A stretch of DNA of 64,000 bases from the human T2T-CHM13v2.0 reference genome, Homo sapiens. Positions 1-13,902 of the stretch are shown here, piece after piece. Below the pieces are notes generated by a model, which searched no databases, had not been told where the DNA came from, and worked only from the letters and a program-made list of their open reading frames with translations. Every line of letters begins with the position of its first letter. The first letter of the stretch is position 1. Location of the stretch: assembly GCF_009914755.1 (NCBI RefSeq), contig NC_060926.1. One strand, given 5' to 3'. Position numbers and translations under genes: made by a program.

Positions 1-1211
1 ATGTTACGTAATTTTCTTTTTTAACTAAAATGTTTCACTTCACAATAACATAACATTTTATTGTCAATTCATACAGAATGACCTGATTCTTTTTAACAGC
101 AACATATTCCATTATATGCATCCATACTTTCTTTAGCTACTCTCACTTTGATAGACTTTTAGGTTGTTTAAAAACATAAGCACCTACAAGAGGCAATTTT
201 AAAATTTAGTCTAGGTTTTTATGCAGTTAAAGAAGATAATTATATACATATTTAATATTACATAATTTATTTTCTTTATTGATTAATTCACTCTGGAGCC
301 AATGTACTGCTAGAGGAAAGCAGTATCCTATAGACAGCCTTATGGAGAAAAGGATAACATCCACTCTTATGAAAAAGGGGTATGTTTTCCAAAACAGAGG
401 TGGAGATATATGTCAGGATTAAAATAGTCTGGCATGAGAACACACCTTCATTATTCACCAAAAATAATGAATTAGTAAAGGGATTACCTATCTTGAGTTA
501 TGTTTTAGTATTACTATTATACATGCAACATGTTTAAGTAAATTGTTTGACAATTCATGTATTTATTTGTAAACAGGTTCCTAATTACTGTGTGCATCAG
601 GAATTATGTCAAAAATTGCTTATTTCCATTCTTCAATAAGGGAGTCAAAATAGTCATTGTGTTCAGCTGCCTCTGGGTTAGCCCTCACAACTTTACTTAC
701 TATAAACATTATGAAGACAATCACCCTTATAAAGTTGCTGAAACCAGTTCTTTTTATTCCCCAAAGAAATAGTCTACCATCATTTACTTTCTCTAACCCT
801 GGTTTCAGAAGCTCAAAGCAGTAGCAACATCAACTGACCTAGACTTTTATTCAATTTCTCTTACCTGTCACCCCTCTGATGGTAGTGACCATGAGCACAT
901 GCATGAACCAGAAGTAAATCAATCTTCAGATGAAGGGAAAGAAACAGAAACCTAAAAATCAGTGTCTGCATGAAGAAAACATTGTCATTTAGAAAGGTGT
1001 TTGTTCATGGTGTAAAGATTTGCAGAGTTATTTTATACATCCTCGTTGTTATGTTTTCCAATAGCAATGTAATGTAATTGAATAAATACCCGAACAAATA
1101 TGAATTTGCTAATTTTTGTAGTATTCCTTATCAAACAAAGTACTAAGCCCCAAGTTTTATTGAAACATTTGGTATGTTGTCCTAATTTTAAAATTTGTTT
1201 GTTCTTTGCAG

Positions 1212-1244
1212 GTAGAACTAGATGAAGGATACAAGTATGAATAA
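1212..1244 (+). other. candidate terminal exon (VELDEGYKYE*), unverified
   Basis: Branch-like CCTAAT at 1181-1186, T-rich tract, GCAG|G at 1211/1212. The only open frame gives 10 codons and its TAA overlaps AATAAA (1240-1245). Peptide not recognised. Confidence 0.25.
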
Positions 1245-1823
1245 AATGTTAAACTACTCACAATTTCTTTGAAACAATGCAGGTGTATTGAATATTCTGC
1301 ATATTCCCAGCTATGCAGCACTGCCTCCCTCAATTCATATTCCTTTTTGTGCTTCAAAGACTTGTTTAGGTCATTCTTCTAATTATGTTTATATTGTAGA
1401 CTTGCTTATCCTGTGACAGCATTATGAGTGGTTATCACATTCTAAAATGCCAGATACTTCTTAATTGTAATGGTGCCTACTTTTTTATTGAAACTATTCA
1501 TATTTTATTACTGTAAACAACTTTGATCATAATGATGCCATTCAAAAGAGCTGATCAAGCTGAGAAAAATGACAGTACAGTCGTAAAGTCACTCTATACG
1601 TAGCTATTAACATTTTATAGTGTATACAAGGAAAAGTGTTTTAAGTTGCAACCATAGACAAATAAGAAAATTAATTTTAAACATAATCCTATGTTTTTAA
1701 GATTGGAAATAGTCTACTTAAATAATTATTGCCAACAAATACTTTTACATTTCAACACATGACCTTCAATACAAAAAACAACATATAGTGGATTGTGCAT
1801 TAGAGAAATTCAAATCATCTTAC

Positions 1824-1855
1824 TTTGCCAGGGTAGAAAACAAGGTCTTTCATTC
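1824..1855 (-). other. candidate 32-nt exon, unverified
   Basis: Minus strand: gtgtttctttcttatttgtttctag| acceptor and AA|GTAAGA donor. Confidence 0.25.
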
Positions 1856-2007
1856 CTAGAAACAAATAAGAAAGAAACACATCATAACCTCACTTCAAAG
1901 CTATTCTCTGGTTACATTCCAGAAGCGACAAGGTTATAGATGAGGAGTTTTAAGAGACACATTCTTACGGCACTTCTAGGATATAACACTCTCTTCAAAT
2001 GAAATCA

Positions 2008-2335
2008 AAGACACTTACTGGGTCCCTACTATGTATGTGATGTGTTGCAAAGTATGGCAGAGAACATGGCCTGTGACATAAGGAAGCCTATAATCGAGTT
2101 GAGGAGAGATGAGATAAACACATGAACAATTAAATACTAGAATCTCAATTCCACAAATATTTAAATAACAGTATGACAACAATAGAAGCAATACAAGGCC
2201 ATGTGTATACCTAATGGCCAAGAAAACTAAAGACAAACAGCCACTGCTGGAATTCAGAGGGAGAGTTCTAGGTTGGGGTGGTGAAATAATTTTTTATAAA
2301 GGAATTCTTTAGCTGGGTCTTGAAAGACTGGTAAT
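2008..2335 (-). mobile_element. LINE-2 3' fragment
   Basis: Degenerate L2 3' motifs (cttactg..cctactatgt..., agctgggtcttgaaaga). Confidence 0.55.
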
Positions 2336-4882
2336 AATAACGTTGCATGTTTGCTTAATGTTTTGTAAGGTGTTGGAAAGTATTTGAAGCTGTAGGACAA
2401 ACATGACTTATCTTTCTGTAGTATCAATTTTAGTTAGAATATTTTAAAACATATAAAAATAAACAGGGATTGACTATTACTATTATTCATTATGTAAACC
2501 ATCAATAATGGTGACTAAAATTGTGAATCACTTTGGTCTTGGCAATGACTAAGTGCTACACATATATGTTATTGCTTATCATGGAATCTGTCACTTATAA
2601 TGAAATTGAAACTTTTATTTTCACAGAGAAATAATGGGTCTAAGAGATTTTATAGGTTGCTGTAAAATATATTTTCTCCTTCTTGGGATATCTTTTGCTC
2701 AGGAAGCATGGCTAGTCAGGTGGTTTCACTGACATAATTGGCTTTGATTCTCATGACAATCACTGTGTAAGAAGCACAGGGTTTAAAGATGAACAAAGTA
2801 AAGCTCAATCTCTTAGTGGCTAACCAAGGTTCATTCAGATAAGAGTTGTCTAATGACTCAAAGTACAGTGCTTCTACTCTAATGGCAAATGAACTCAGGC
2901 CAAGGTAGGTGATACAGTGGATTGCAGTGGGGCTGGGGGTGAAACAGTAGGTAGAGATGACAGAGAACTGGACAATATCCTCCTAAAGGCATGTAGATTC
3001 AACAAAGAAATTTCAAGCCCTGGAGAGCAGGATGGGGTGGGGTCAAGGGGAACTTTGAGATTTATTTAAATTGTTTGTTAAAAATTTACAGATGGGAGTG
3101 GCTTCAAGATGGCTGACTGAAAGCATCCAGCACTCATCTCCTCCACAAAGAACCAAAATAGCAAGTAGATAATCATACTTCAAATACAGCGTCTAAGAGA
3201 GAACACTGAAATTCAATAGAGAAATGACAGGAAAGAACTGAGGCGTGGAAGGAGAAGGAAGTGAGCAGCCAACTCGGCCAGGATCATCTGAGAGCCCAAA
3301 GATAATCCCCAGTGTGGGGAAACAGTAAGAGAGAACCCAGAAGTCCATATTCCTATCATAGATTCCTGCAACCCAAGCCATGGGAGAGCCTCATGATCTT
3401 TGTGGGCCCTGAAATTAGCGTAAGGAGCTGCCTGGGAGCCATGAACAGCATTTCTCCAGAGAGGGAGCTCATACAGGGTTCCACACACCCCCAAAGTCTT
3501 AAGCAGCTGCAGCATGGTGTCATTTTGAGAGCCCAGCCCCCACCAGACTGCAACCTCCCATGAGACCCAATAGGCCCTGCATCTCCATATCCCTGGAGCC
3601 CCACTGATATTCCCTCTTGTCTTCCTGGAAGGCTATAGTGGCACAATGCTAGTTGCATCCAGCAGAGCAGCAGGATCCCCAGCTAGCACAAACAACGTTG
3701 TGCACCCCATTGAAGGGATGGTGCCATGCACTGAGAGGCTGTCTCTGGGACAAAGGGAGCCAAAGCATGTGTTCTTCAGAGACTTAAACCTGCCTGCCTG
3801 AGTCCACTGCCACTGATAGCAATCTTCTTCCACCAGCAGCAGGGCTGCTGCATTCTTGCACACTCCCTGAGAACAGAATCTCCTTGCTCACAACAACCAC
3901 CACTGCTGTTACTAGGGACAGAAGCACATGCTGCTAGTAGTGACACCCTTGTCCCACCACCAGCAGCAGGGCCTTGCATATTTGCACATGCCAAAGGGCT
4001 GGCTATCCCATCCTCTGCCACCAGTGTTGCCATCACCCAAGCACTCTGCTGGGGACCTGGGATCACTCTGGCCTGCCTACAACAGCCTGCACCTGTGCAC
4101 ACCACCAGGGGGCCTGAAGACAACCCCAGCTGGCCATATACCATCCGATCCTAGTGCCCAAGCTTGCTACCTGGGAGCCTGGGGATCACTGCAACCCACC
4201 GACCACCACTGATATCTGAGCACTCCTCCCAGAGGCCCAAGGATAGTCCCAACCAGCCTGCCACTATGATAGCCAGCACCCAACTACATGCACGACCTGG
4301 GAACATGGGAACTGGTTGCCTTGCCCATTGCAGCCAATGCTAAAACCAGCATGTGCTGCTTGGGAGCCCAAGGTTTGTCCCATCACTACTACTACTATCA
4401 TCCATGCCACACTCGCTGCCCAGGGGCTCAAGGACCCCTCCATCCACTTGACCCACTGTTGTCCACTGTCAGCACCCAAGCAAGCTGCTTGGAAGCCCAA
4501 GAATTGGCCTGCTAGAAACTGCTTACAACAGCGCCTATGTATACTGCCTGCAAACCCAAAAACAGGCACAGTTGGCCTGCTGCTTCCACCACTGGGGCCT
4601 GACATTCACATTCCTAGAAAATCCTCACCACAGCCTCCACTAATAACCACACCCTAAGCCACTGAGGAAGTCACAGACAGCACTGAAGCTATTTACAGTG
4701 AAAAAATAACATGGAGACTATACTACTGCATGCACCCAGAATCAAAGCTAAAGTACCCTACCAAACTAACACCATGGATAGAACTTCAACAAAAAGTCTC
4801 CCCCAGTGAGAGCCAATCCAACAAGTTGGAAGAAGCAACTGTTATACCACATACACAGATATAAACATCAGGACACAAGAAA

Positions 4883-5830
4883 ATGAAAAAGCAATCAAAT
4901 ATGAAACCTCGAAGGGATCATAATAATTCTCCAGCAACAGATTTCAATGAAAAAGAAATTTATGAGATCCTAGAAAATGAATTCAAAATAATGATCCCAA
5001 TTAAAGAAGCTCAGTGAGATACAAGAGAAAATAGTTAAGCAATACAAAGAAATCAGGAAAGCAATTCAGGATATGAATGAAAAATTCACCAAAGAGACAG
5101 ATACTGTAAAAAAGAATCAAACAGAAATCATAGAACTGAATAATTCAATGAATAAAATTAAAAACATATTTGAAAGCTTCAACAATAGATTAGATCAAGC
5201 AAAAGAAAAAATTTAAGAACTTGAAGTGAGGTCTTTTAAAATAACCAGAGTCAGAAAAAAAATAAAGAATTAAAAAGAAGGAACAAAGCCTACATTACAT
5301 ATGGGACACCATAAGGTAACTATTTAAATTTTGGGTATTTGGGAAGGTAAAAAGGCCAAATACATAGAATACCAATTTAACAAAATAATAGCTGAAAATT
5401 TCCCAAGTATAGCAAGATATTTAGACATCCAGATATAGGAAACTCAGAGAATCCCAAATACATGCAACTCAATATGTCTTATCCATGGCACATTATAGTC
5501 AAACTGTCAAAAGTCAAGGACAAAAAAAGAATTCTCAAAATAGCAAAGAGAAAAGCACCCACCCCCACATCAGATTAACTACAGATTTCTTAGCAAAAAT
5601 GTTATAGGCCAGGAGAAAATAGAGTGATTTATTCTAAGTGATAAAAGAAATCTGCTGCAAGCCAAGAATCCTATACTCAAGTTATCATTCATAAATGAAT
5701 GAAAAATAAAGTCTTTCCCAGCCAAGCGAAAACTGAGGGAATCATCACCATTAGACCAGCCCTACAAGAAATGCTTAAAGAAGTCTCACACCTGAAAGCA
5801 AAAGGATATCTACCATCATGAAAACACATG
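4883..5830 (+). pseudogene. degenerate L1 ORF1 remnant
   Basis: MKKQSNMKP...EKEIYEILENEFKIMI start, ENFPS and RPALQEML-like motifs; many stops and frameshifts. Confidence 0.75.
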
Positions 5831-6070
5831 AAAACATAAAATTCACTGGTAGAGCAAAAACACAACTGAGGAAGAGAAAAAACTCAAATGTTACACCACG
5901 GAAAACAACCAAACCATAATGATAAACAACAAGAGAGAAAGAAAAGAAGGGCATGCAAAACAATCAGAAAACAATGAACAAAATGACAAGAATAAGTCCC
6001 CCTAAGTCAATAAAAAACTTGAATGTAAGCCGATTACATTTTACACTTAAAAGATATATACTGGCTGAAT

Positions 6071-6234
6071 TAGCCAGGCATGGTGGCATGCACCTTGGGA
6101 GGCCGAGGAGGGTGGATCAGTTGAGACATGGAATTCAAGGCTATAGTGAACTATAATTGCACCACTGCAGTCTATCCTGGGCAACAAAGTGAGACCCTAT
6201 CTCAGCAATAATAATAATCATCATCATCATCATT
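6071..6234 (+). mobile_element. Alu monomer (FAM/FRAM-like) with (AAT)n(CAT)n tail
   Basis: Right-arm-like Alu sequence; degenerate TSD aaagatata..gaat on both sides. Confidence 0.8.
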
Positions 6235-7086
6235 AAAGATATAAATTAGAGGAATGGATAAAGAAAAATATGGCAGTTATATATTGCCTACAGGAAACTC
6301 ATTTTACCTGTAAAGACACATATAGACAGAAAGTAAAGAGGCAAAAAAAGATATTCCATGGAAATGGAAACCAAAAGTAAGTAGGAGTAGTTATATAAAA
6401 CAGACTTTAAGTCAAAAACAGAAAAAGTGTACAAAGAAGGTCATTATATAATGATAAAGGAATTAATTCATCAAGAGGATATAACAATTCTAAATACGTA
6501 TGTACCCAACAATGGAGTACCCAGATATATAAAGCAAATATTACATCTAAAGAGAGAGACAGACTCCAATACAATAATAGCTGAGGACTTCAACACCACA
6601 ATCTCAGCATTAGACACATCACCTATACAAAGAATTAACAAAGAAACATTAGATTTAAACTACACTTTAGACCAAATGGACCTGAGAAACATCTGCAGAA
6701 CATTTTATCCAATAGCTGCAGAATACACATTTTTCTAATTAGCTTATAGAATATTCTCTAGGATAGATCATATGGAAGGCAACAAAATGTCTCAAAATAT
6801 TTAGAAAATCGAAATCATACCAAGTATCATCTCAGACCACAATGGAATGAAATTGGAAATCAATAACAAGAGGAACTTTGGAAACTGTACACAAACATGA
6901 AAATTAAACAACATGCTCCTGGATGACCACTGGGTAAATGAAAAAATTAAGAAAAAAATTTTAAAAAAATTGAAACAAATGAAAATGGAAGCACAATCTA
7001 CTAAAAGATATGGGACATTGCAAAAGCAATGTTAAGCAGGAAGTTTATAGCAATAAATGCCTACATCAAAAAAGTAGAAAGATTTT

Positions 7087-7232
7087 GGCTGGATGCAGTG
7101 GCTAACACCTGTAATCCTGATAGTTTGGGAGACTTAAGCAGAAGAACTGCCTAGGGCCAAGAGTTTGAGACCAACCTGGGTAACACAGGAGAACTCTCTC
7201 TACAAAATAAATAAATAAATACAAATTTTTTT
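7087..7232 (+). mobile_element. Alu left monomer (FLAM)
   Basis: ggctggatgcagtggct...acctgtaatcc, (AAAT)n tail, TSD aagtagaaagatttt / aagtataaagatgtt. Confidence 0.85.
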
Positions 7233-7370
7233 AAGTATAAAGATGTTAAGTAAACAATCTAACAATGCATCTCAAGGAATCAGAAAAGCAAGAACAAACC
7301 AAGCCCAAATTAGTAGAAGGAAAGAAATAATAATGATCAGAGTAGAACTAAATGAAATAGAGACTAAAAA

Positions 7371-7390
7371 ACACACACACACACACACAC
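7371..7390. repeat. (AC)10 microsatellite
   Basis: Direct read. Confidence 0.95.
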
Positions 7391-7785
7391 AAAATCAATG
7401 AAATGTAAAGTTGGTTTTCTGAAAAGGTAAAATCAATAAATCACTAGCTAGATTAACCAAGAAAAAAAGAGAAGAACCAAATAAACAAAATCAGGAATAA
7501 AAATGGAGACATTACAAATGATACACAAAAACACAGATTATTTGAGACAATTATAAACTGTATGCTAACAAACTGGAAAACCCGGAGGAAATGGATAAAT
7601 TCCTGGATACATACAACCTACCAAGATTGAGCCAGGAAGAAACAAAAGCTGAACAGACCAATAACGAGGAATGAGATTGAATCAATAACAAAATCTTTCC
7701 CAACAAAGCAAAGTCAGGAACCAGATGGCTTCACCACCAAATTCTACCAAACTTAAAGAATTAACACCAATTCTCAAAAAAATTA

Positions 7786-8136
<351 letters not shown>

Positions 8137-8162
8137 TCACAAATATTAAAGAGGTATTGTAT

Positions 8163-8466
8163 AGCCAGGTACAGTGGTTCACACGTGTAATCCTAGCACT
8201 TCAAAAGGCTGAGGTGGGCAAATTGCTTGAGCCTAGGAGTTTGAGATGGGCTTGGACAACGTGGTGAAACCCTGTCTCTACTAAAAATACAAAAATTAGC
8301 CCAGCATGCTGGTGCATACCTGTAGTCCCAACTATTCAGGAGGCTGAGCCTGGAGGATCATTTGAGCACAGGATGTGGAGGCTGCAGTGAGCCATGATTG
8401 TACCACTACATTCCAGCCTGGGTAACAAAATGAGACCCTGTATCAAAAAAAAAAAAAAAAAAAAAA
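8163..8466 (+). mobile_element. AluJ
   Basis: Full dimer, poly(A), degenerate TSD aagaggtattgtata / aagaagtatcttaca. Confidence 0.92.
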
Positions 8467-8580
8467 GAAGTATCTTACATTCTTTTAAAAATATTGTCTT
8501 CAAAATCTTATGTGCATTTTGCACTTACAGCACATCTCATTTCACACTGTTCATATCTCAATTTACAAAAAAAAATATAG

Positions 8581-8706
8581 TTTTTTATTTGGGAAGACAG
8601 GAGGCCTCACTATGTCGCCCAGGCTGGCTCAAACTCCTGGGCTTAGATGATCCTCCTACCTTGGCTTCCCAAAGTGCTGGGATTACAAATGTGAGCAGAC
8701 TTGGCC
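8581..8706 (-). mobile_element. FLAM Alu monomer
   Basis: Reverse-complement left arm (cccaaagtgctgggattaca). Confidence 0.85.
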
Positions 8707-8899
8707 TCAAATGTTCAATAACCACATGTGGCTGGTGGCTGCCGTACTAGGTAGTGCTGTTCTAGCATATTAACTATGAATGATTTTTAAAGTTAGAAGA
8801 AATAATTCTATGTGAATATAAAATAAAATCACATCCACAGGTTACCTCTACAAAACAACACATGCATGCATACTGTCAAACATATGGACTTATTATTAG

Positions 8900-9032
8900 C
8901 TGAGAATAAAAACAGTATCTTGCCCCTTCAGGATGCTGCTGTAAGGCAAGCATAAATTAATCCATGAAAAGTGCTTAGAACATCCAAGTACCACACCATA
9001 AGCACGATTAAATATTAGTTACTATTATCATT
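8900..9032 (+). mobile_element. MIR core/3' fragment
   Basis: aaagtgcttagaaca...taagcac..ttaaatattagttactattat matches the MIR 3' end. Confidence 0.7.
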
Positions 9033-12000
9033 AGATAATCTGCTTTGACATTTTTCCACTACTGCTTATTTCTGCTCATCCATTCATGTTATTATCTGCT
9101 AGCAAGTTTCTTGTGAAATAGAAGAAAGGCAATAACAGCTACCAAAGGTTTAAGAAAAATGCTTTGGGGCAGGTTGCTTAGTGTGGGAGGATCAAAAATA
9201 AATACTTGCAATTAAAAAAAAAACACCACATCTCCTCAAACTATTCCAATAAAATTGACGAGGAGTAAATTCTCCCTAACTTGTTTTATGAGGCCTGTAA
9301 TACCCTGACACCAAAATCAGATGAGGACATGACAAAAAAAGAAAACTACAGGCTAATATCCCTGATGAATATACAGACAAAAATTCTCAACAAAATACTA
9401 GCAAATTGAGTTCAACAGGACATCAGAAAAAAAATATATCATGAGCAAGTGGAATTTATCCCAGGGATGAAAAGATGGTTCAACATATGCAAATCAATGA
9501 GCATAATACATTACATCAACAGCATGAAGGACAAAAGTCGTATGATCATCTCAATAGCTGCAGCAAAATTATTTGATAAAATTCAACAGTTTTTCATGAT
9601 AAAAACTGTCAACAAACTAGAAATATAAAGAAAATGTCTCAATATAATAAATCCCATCTATGACAAACTCACAGCTAACAGCGTACTGAATGGGGGAAAG
9701 CTGAAAGCCTTTCCTCTATGAACTGGAGCATGACAGGGATGCCTACTTTCTTCACTCCTACTCAATATTGTACTGGAAGTTTTAGCCAGAGTAATGAGGC
9801 AAGAAAAAGAAATAAAAGACATTGAAATTGGAAAAGAGGAATTCAAACTTTCCCGTTTTTCTGATGGTATGATCTTATATTTAGAAGTACCAAAGACCCC
9901 ACCAAAACACTCTTATAATATGATCAACAAATTCCGTAAAGTTGCATGATGCAAAGAACACACAACAATTAGTAGCATTTCTATACACAAATAATTAAAT
10001 AGTTGAAAAAGAAATCAAGAAGGCATCCCATTTATGATAGCCACAAAAAATAATAAAATACCTATGAATAAATTTTACCAAGGAGGTAAAAGACCTTTTC
10101 AAGGAAAACTACAAAATACTGATGAAATAAACTGCAGAGGACACAGACAAATGTAAAGGCATCCCATGCTCATAAATCAGAAGAATTAATCTTGTTAAAA
10201 TGAACATACTTCCCAAAGCCATTTACAGATTCAATGCAATCCTTATCAAAATACCAATGTCATTTTTTAGAGAAATAGAAAAAAATTCTTAAGTATGTAT
10301 AGAATCCAAAATTAGCCTGAATAGCCAAAGCAATTTTGAGAAAAGAGAACAAAGCTGAAGCTATCACACTATCTGACTTCAAAATATAATACAAGGCTAC
10401 AGTAACCAAAACAGCATGGTGTTGGTATAAAAACAGATACATAGACTAATGGAACAGAACAAAGAACAGAGAAATAAATCCACATATTCACTGCCAACTG
10501 ATTTTCTACAAAGGCACTAAGAATATACACTGAAGAAAAATATCCTCTTCAATAAGTGGTGCTGGGAAAACTGAATAACCATATGCAGAATAAAACTAGG
10601 CCCCTCTCTCTCACCATATAAAAAAATCAACTCAAAGTGGATCAGACACCTAAACATAAGACTGAAAACTATAAAACCACTAGAAGAAAACATAAAGTAA
10701 ACACTACAGAACATTGGACTGGGCAAAGAATTTATGGCTAAGATTTCAGAAGCACAGCCAACAAAAACAAAAATAGACAAACAGGACTACATTAAATTAA
10801 AAAGCTTCTGCACAGCAAAGGAAACAATCAACAGGGTTAAGAGACAACCTGTTGAATAGGAGAAAATATCTGTAAACCATTCATTTGACAGGAGACTAAT
10901 ATTCAGAATATACAAGGAACTCAAACTCAACAACAGAAAAACAAATAGTCCTGTTAAAAAAAAGTGAAGGATATAAATACACATTTCTCAAAATGTTGAC
11001 ATACAAATAGTCAACAGGTATATTTTTAAAATGTTCAACGTCACTAGTCATCAGGAAAATGCAAATCAAACTCACAATGAGATATTTTCTTACCCCAGTT
11101 AGAATGGCTATTAGTGAAAATGCAAAAAACAGATGCTGGCGAGAATACAGAGCAAGAGGAACTCATTCACTGTTGGTGGGAATGTAAATTGGCATAGCCA
11201 TTATAGAAAACAGTATAAAGATTTCTCAGAAAGCTAAAAATAGATCTACCAGATGATCCAACAATACCTCACCTGGGTATTTATCCAAAGGAAAATAAAT
11301 CAGTATAACAAAAGAATACATACATCCCTATGTTTATTATAGCATTATTCACAATAGCAGAGTTATGGAATCAACCTAAGTGTTCATTAACAGATAAATG
11401 GATAAAGAAAATGTGGTATGGAATGTGGTACACAATGGAATACTATTCAGCTATAAAAAATAATAAAATCTTGTTGTTTGGAGAAACATGGATGGAAGTG
11501 GAGGTCATTATGTTCAATGAAATAAGCCAGGCACAGAAAGACAAATACTGCATGTTCTCACTCATATGTGGGAGCTAAACATAGTTGATACCGTGGAGGT
11601 AGAGAGAAGCATGATAATTACCATAGGCTGGAAAGGGTGTGTGGGGAGGAGGAAGGATAGAGAGTGTTTGGCTAATGTATACAAACATACAATTAGATAG
11701 AAGAAATAAGTTCTAATGTTCAATAGTAGAGCAGCATGGCTGGTTAATAACAATATACTGCATGTTTCAAAATAGCTAGAAGAGAGGACTTGAAATGTTC
11801 CCAACACATAAAAATGATAAATGCTCAAGGTGATAAATACCCTAAATACACCAACTTGATCATTACACATTATATACATATTACAAAATATCACAGGAAC
11901 CTCATAAATATGTACAAACATTGTGTTTCAAAAATTTTTTTCGAAATTAATTGATGGTTATTTATGTCATAAAAATAGTTAAGCAAACAAAGTTCCTAAA

Positions 12001-12572
12001 AATAATCAAACAGACAAACAAAATCCTGGGATGGCAAACAAAACCTTATGGTTTTTAGGCCATCAGTTAATTTCTGCCACTTGCTACCTGTTTGTTATAG
12101 GACAGGGACAGGATCAAAGAAGGGGAGTAGAACCTGCAGGTAGATTCACATGAGTGAAGTTACGAGGCATTGACCTACAAGACGTGTGACAGCCCCTGAT
12201 GTGCCTGTTCTCTGCATGGTCTGTCATATCCCCCTGGCTGGACTGCTCTCTGCTCTCCCCCATCTGCTCTGATCGGTCAAGATCAGTTGTAATCTTCCCT
12301 CCTGAAAGCTTTCCTCAATATGGATTTCACTTGCTGTGTTAAATGATGTGGTTTTTACATTGACTTCCAAGATTTGCTGTTAATTTCATTCATGATAGTT
12401 GTTTCTCTCAATGATTATTTTATTAATTCACTCATTCAATATGCTCTTATTGGATGCCTCTATTGGAATTACGACTATAAAAAAGACAAGTCTGTATGAC
12501 AATCTGTATTCAATGTGCGAGTAGGTACACAGAAAGTGCTCACTCTGCTCACTACTATTTGAAGAACTCATA

Positions 12573-12791
12573 AAGGATTTCTCAACCCCCAACATTATCA
12601 ACATTTTGAGCTGGATAATTCTTTGTTGTGGGGGCTGTTCTGTGCGTTGTAGGATAGTTAGCAGCATCGCTAGTCTCTAATCACTGTATATGAGTAGCAA
12701 CTCCCCCCCACCCTAGTTGTGACAAGCAAATATGTCTCCAGACATTGCCAAATATTCCTGGGGACAAAATTGCTCCAGTTGGGAACCACTG
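12573..12791. mobile_element. MER20 (hAT-Charlie)
   Basis: tttctcaacc...atgtctccagacattgccaaat...gggaaccactg terminal repeat. Confidence 0.88.
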
Positions 12792-13296
12792 GAATAATAA
12801 TTTTGAAAGGATCCAAGTAAAAATAATGTAACATCAAACACCTTTTGGTAACAAGTTATAACAAAATTCAGGTGTGGGAAATACAACCACAAAAAGAGGC
12901 CTTTGAATCAGCAAAAAATACATTTTTATTGGAAAAGGTGGTTTCAAATAAGTTTGAGGAAATTGTGAAGATTTGGAATATTTTTGAATATATTAAAAAA
13001 TTGAAAATTTCTCAGGGTAGAAATTTTTTTAATCTAGTTTCTCTAAGTTTATTTGCCTAAGTAATACCTTTTATTTTTTAAACAGTACTTATTAACTTTG
13101 AATTCTAACCCATTAAACATGCTTTGAAAAATTCTATACTCTGTGTTCATTATACAACTATTACTGGTTGGATTGATACATTATAGACATTGCTATCCCA
13201 TTATCTACCTCTGATAAGATATCCCCTTAAGAACATCAATGATACTAGTCAGGACCCTGATAACTAGCAAGGAGAAATAGGGACATTGTTTTAGGC

Positions 13297-13459
13297 CAGT
13301 GGTCTCAAAATTTAGAGTGCATCAGAATCACATGGAAGGCTTGTGATAAGAGATTTCTGATTTAATAGGTCAGGGTGGTGCCTGAAAATTTGTATTTCTA
13401 ACTGTTCTGCAGGTCATGCTGATCCTGCTCATCCAGAGATTTCACTTTGAGAACCACTG
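13297..13459. mobile_element. MER5A-like
   Basis: Terminal inverted repeats cagtggtctcaaa ... tttgagaaccactg. Confidence 0.85.
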
Positions 13460-13902
13460 TAAAGTATAATGAGAGCATCAAACCAAGTTACAGTTTCTAT
13501 TTAGAGAAAAAACCTTTCTTGGTCTTTTGATGTGGCTAAACCTTACGACTGCTGACTGTTTCAGAAAGCCACAGAGTAGGGACCACAGATAAAGATGAGC
13601 CTTTATAACAGAAATGACAGTAAGTAGCCCATGGATAAATGTTGGTGGCACTTTTCTCTTACATTGGTATCGCATACTGGATATCTCTCAGTAATTGGGG
13701 GCCTACTGCATTTAGATGTTCAGAGCTTTGTACAACAGGCTGAACAAATTATAAGTAAGTCTTAGATATCTTATCTGCCCTCAATGAATTTATAGGATAC
13801 TTTAGAGCCACTTAACAATACAAAACAGCATAATGTAAAGGCAAAATTAATAGAACAGAAAATGAAGAAGAGAGGGAGAAATGATCTCACATCATTAATA
13901 CC

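Noticed and set aside
2019-2087. Exon-like unit on the minus strand (acceptor plus GTAAGT donor)
   Set aside because: Lies within an L2 remnant and has no other support.
3193-4657. Cluster of overlapping 60-120 aa ORFs on both strands
   Set aside because: Expected from the higher GC content of the L1 5'UTR; no recognisable protein.
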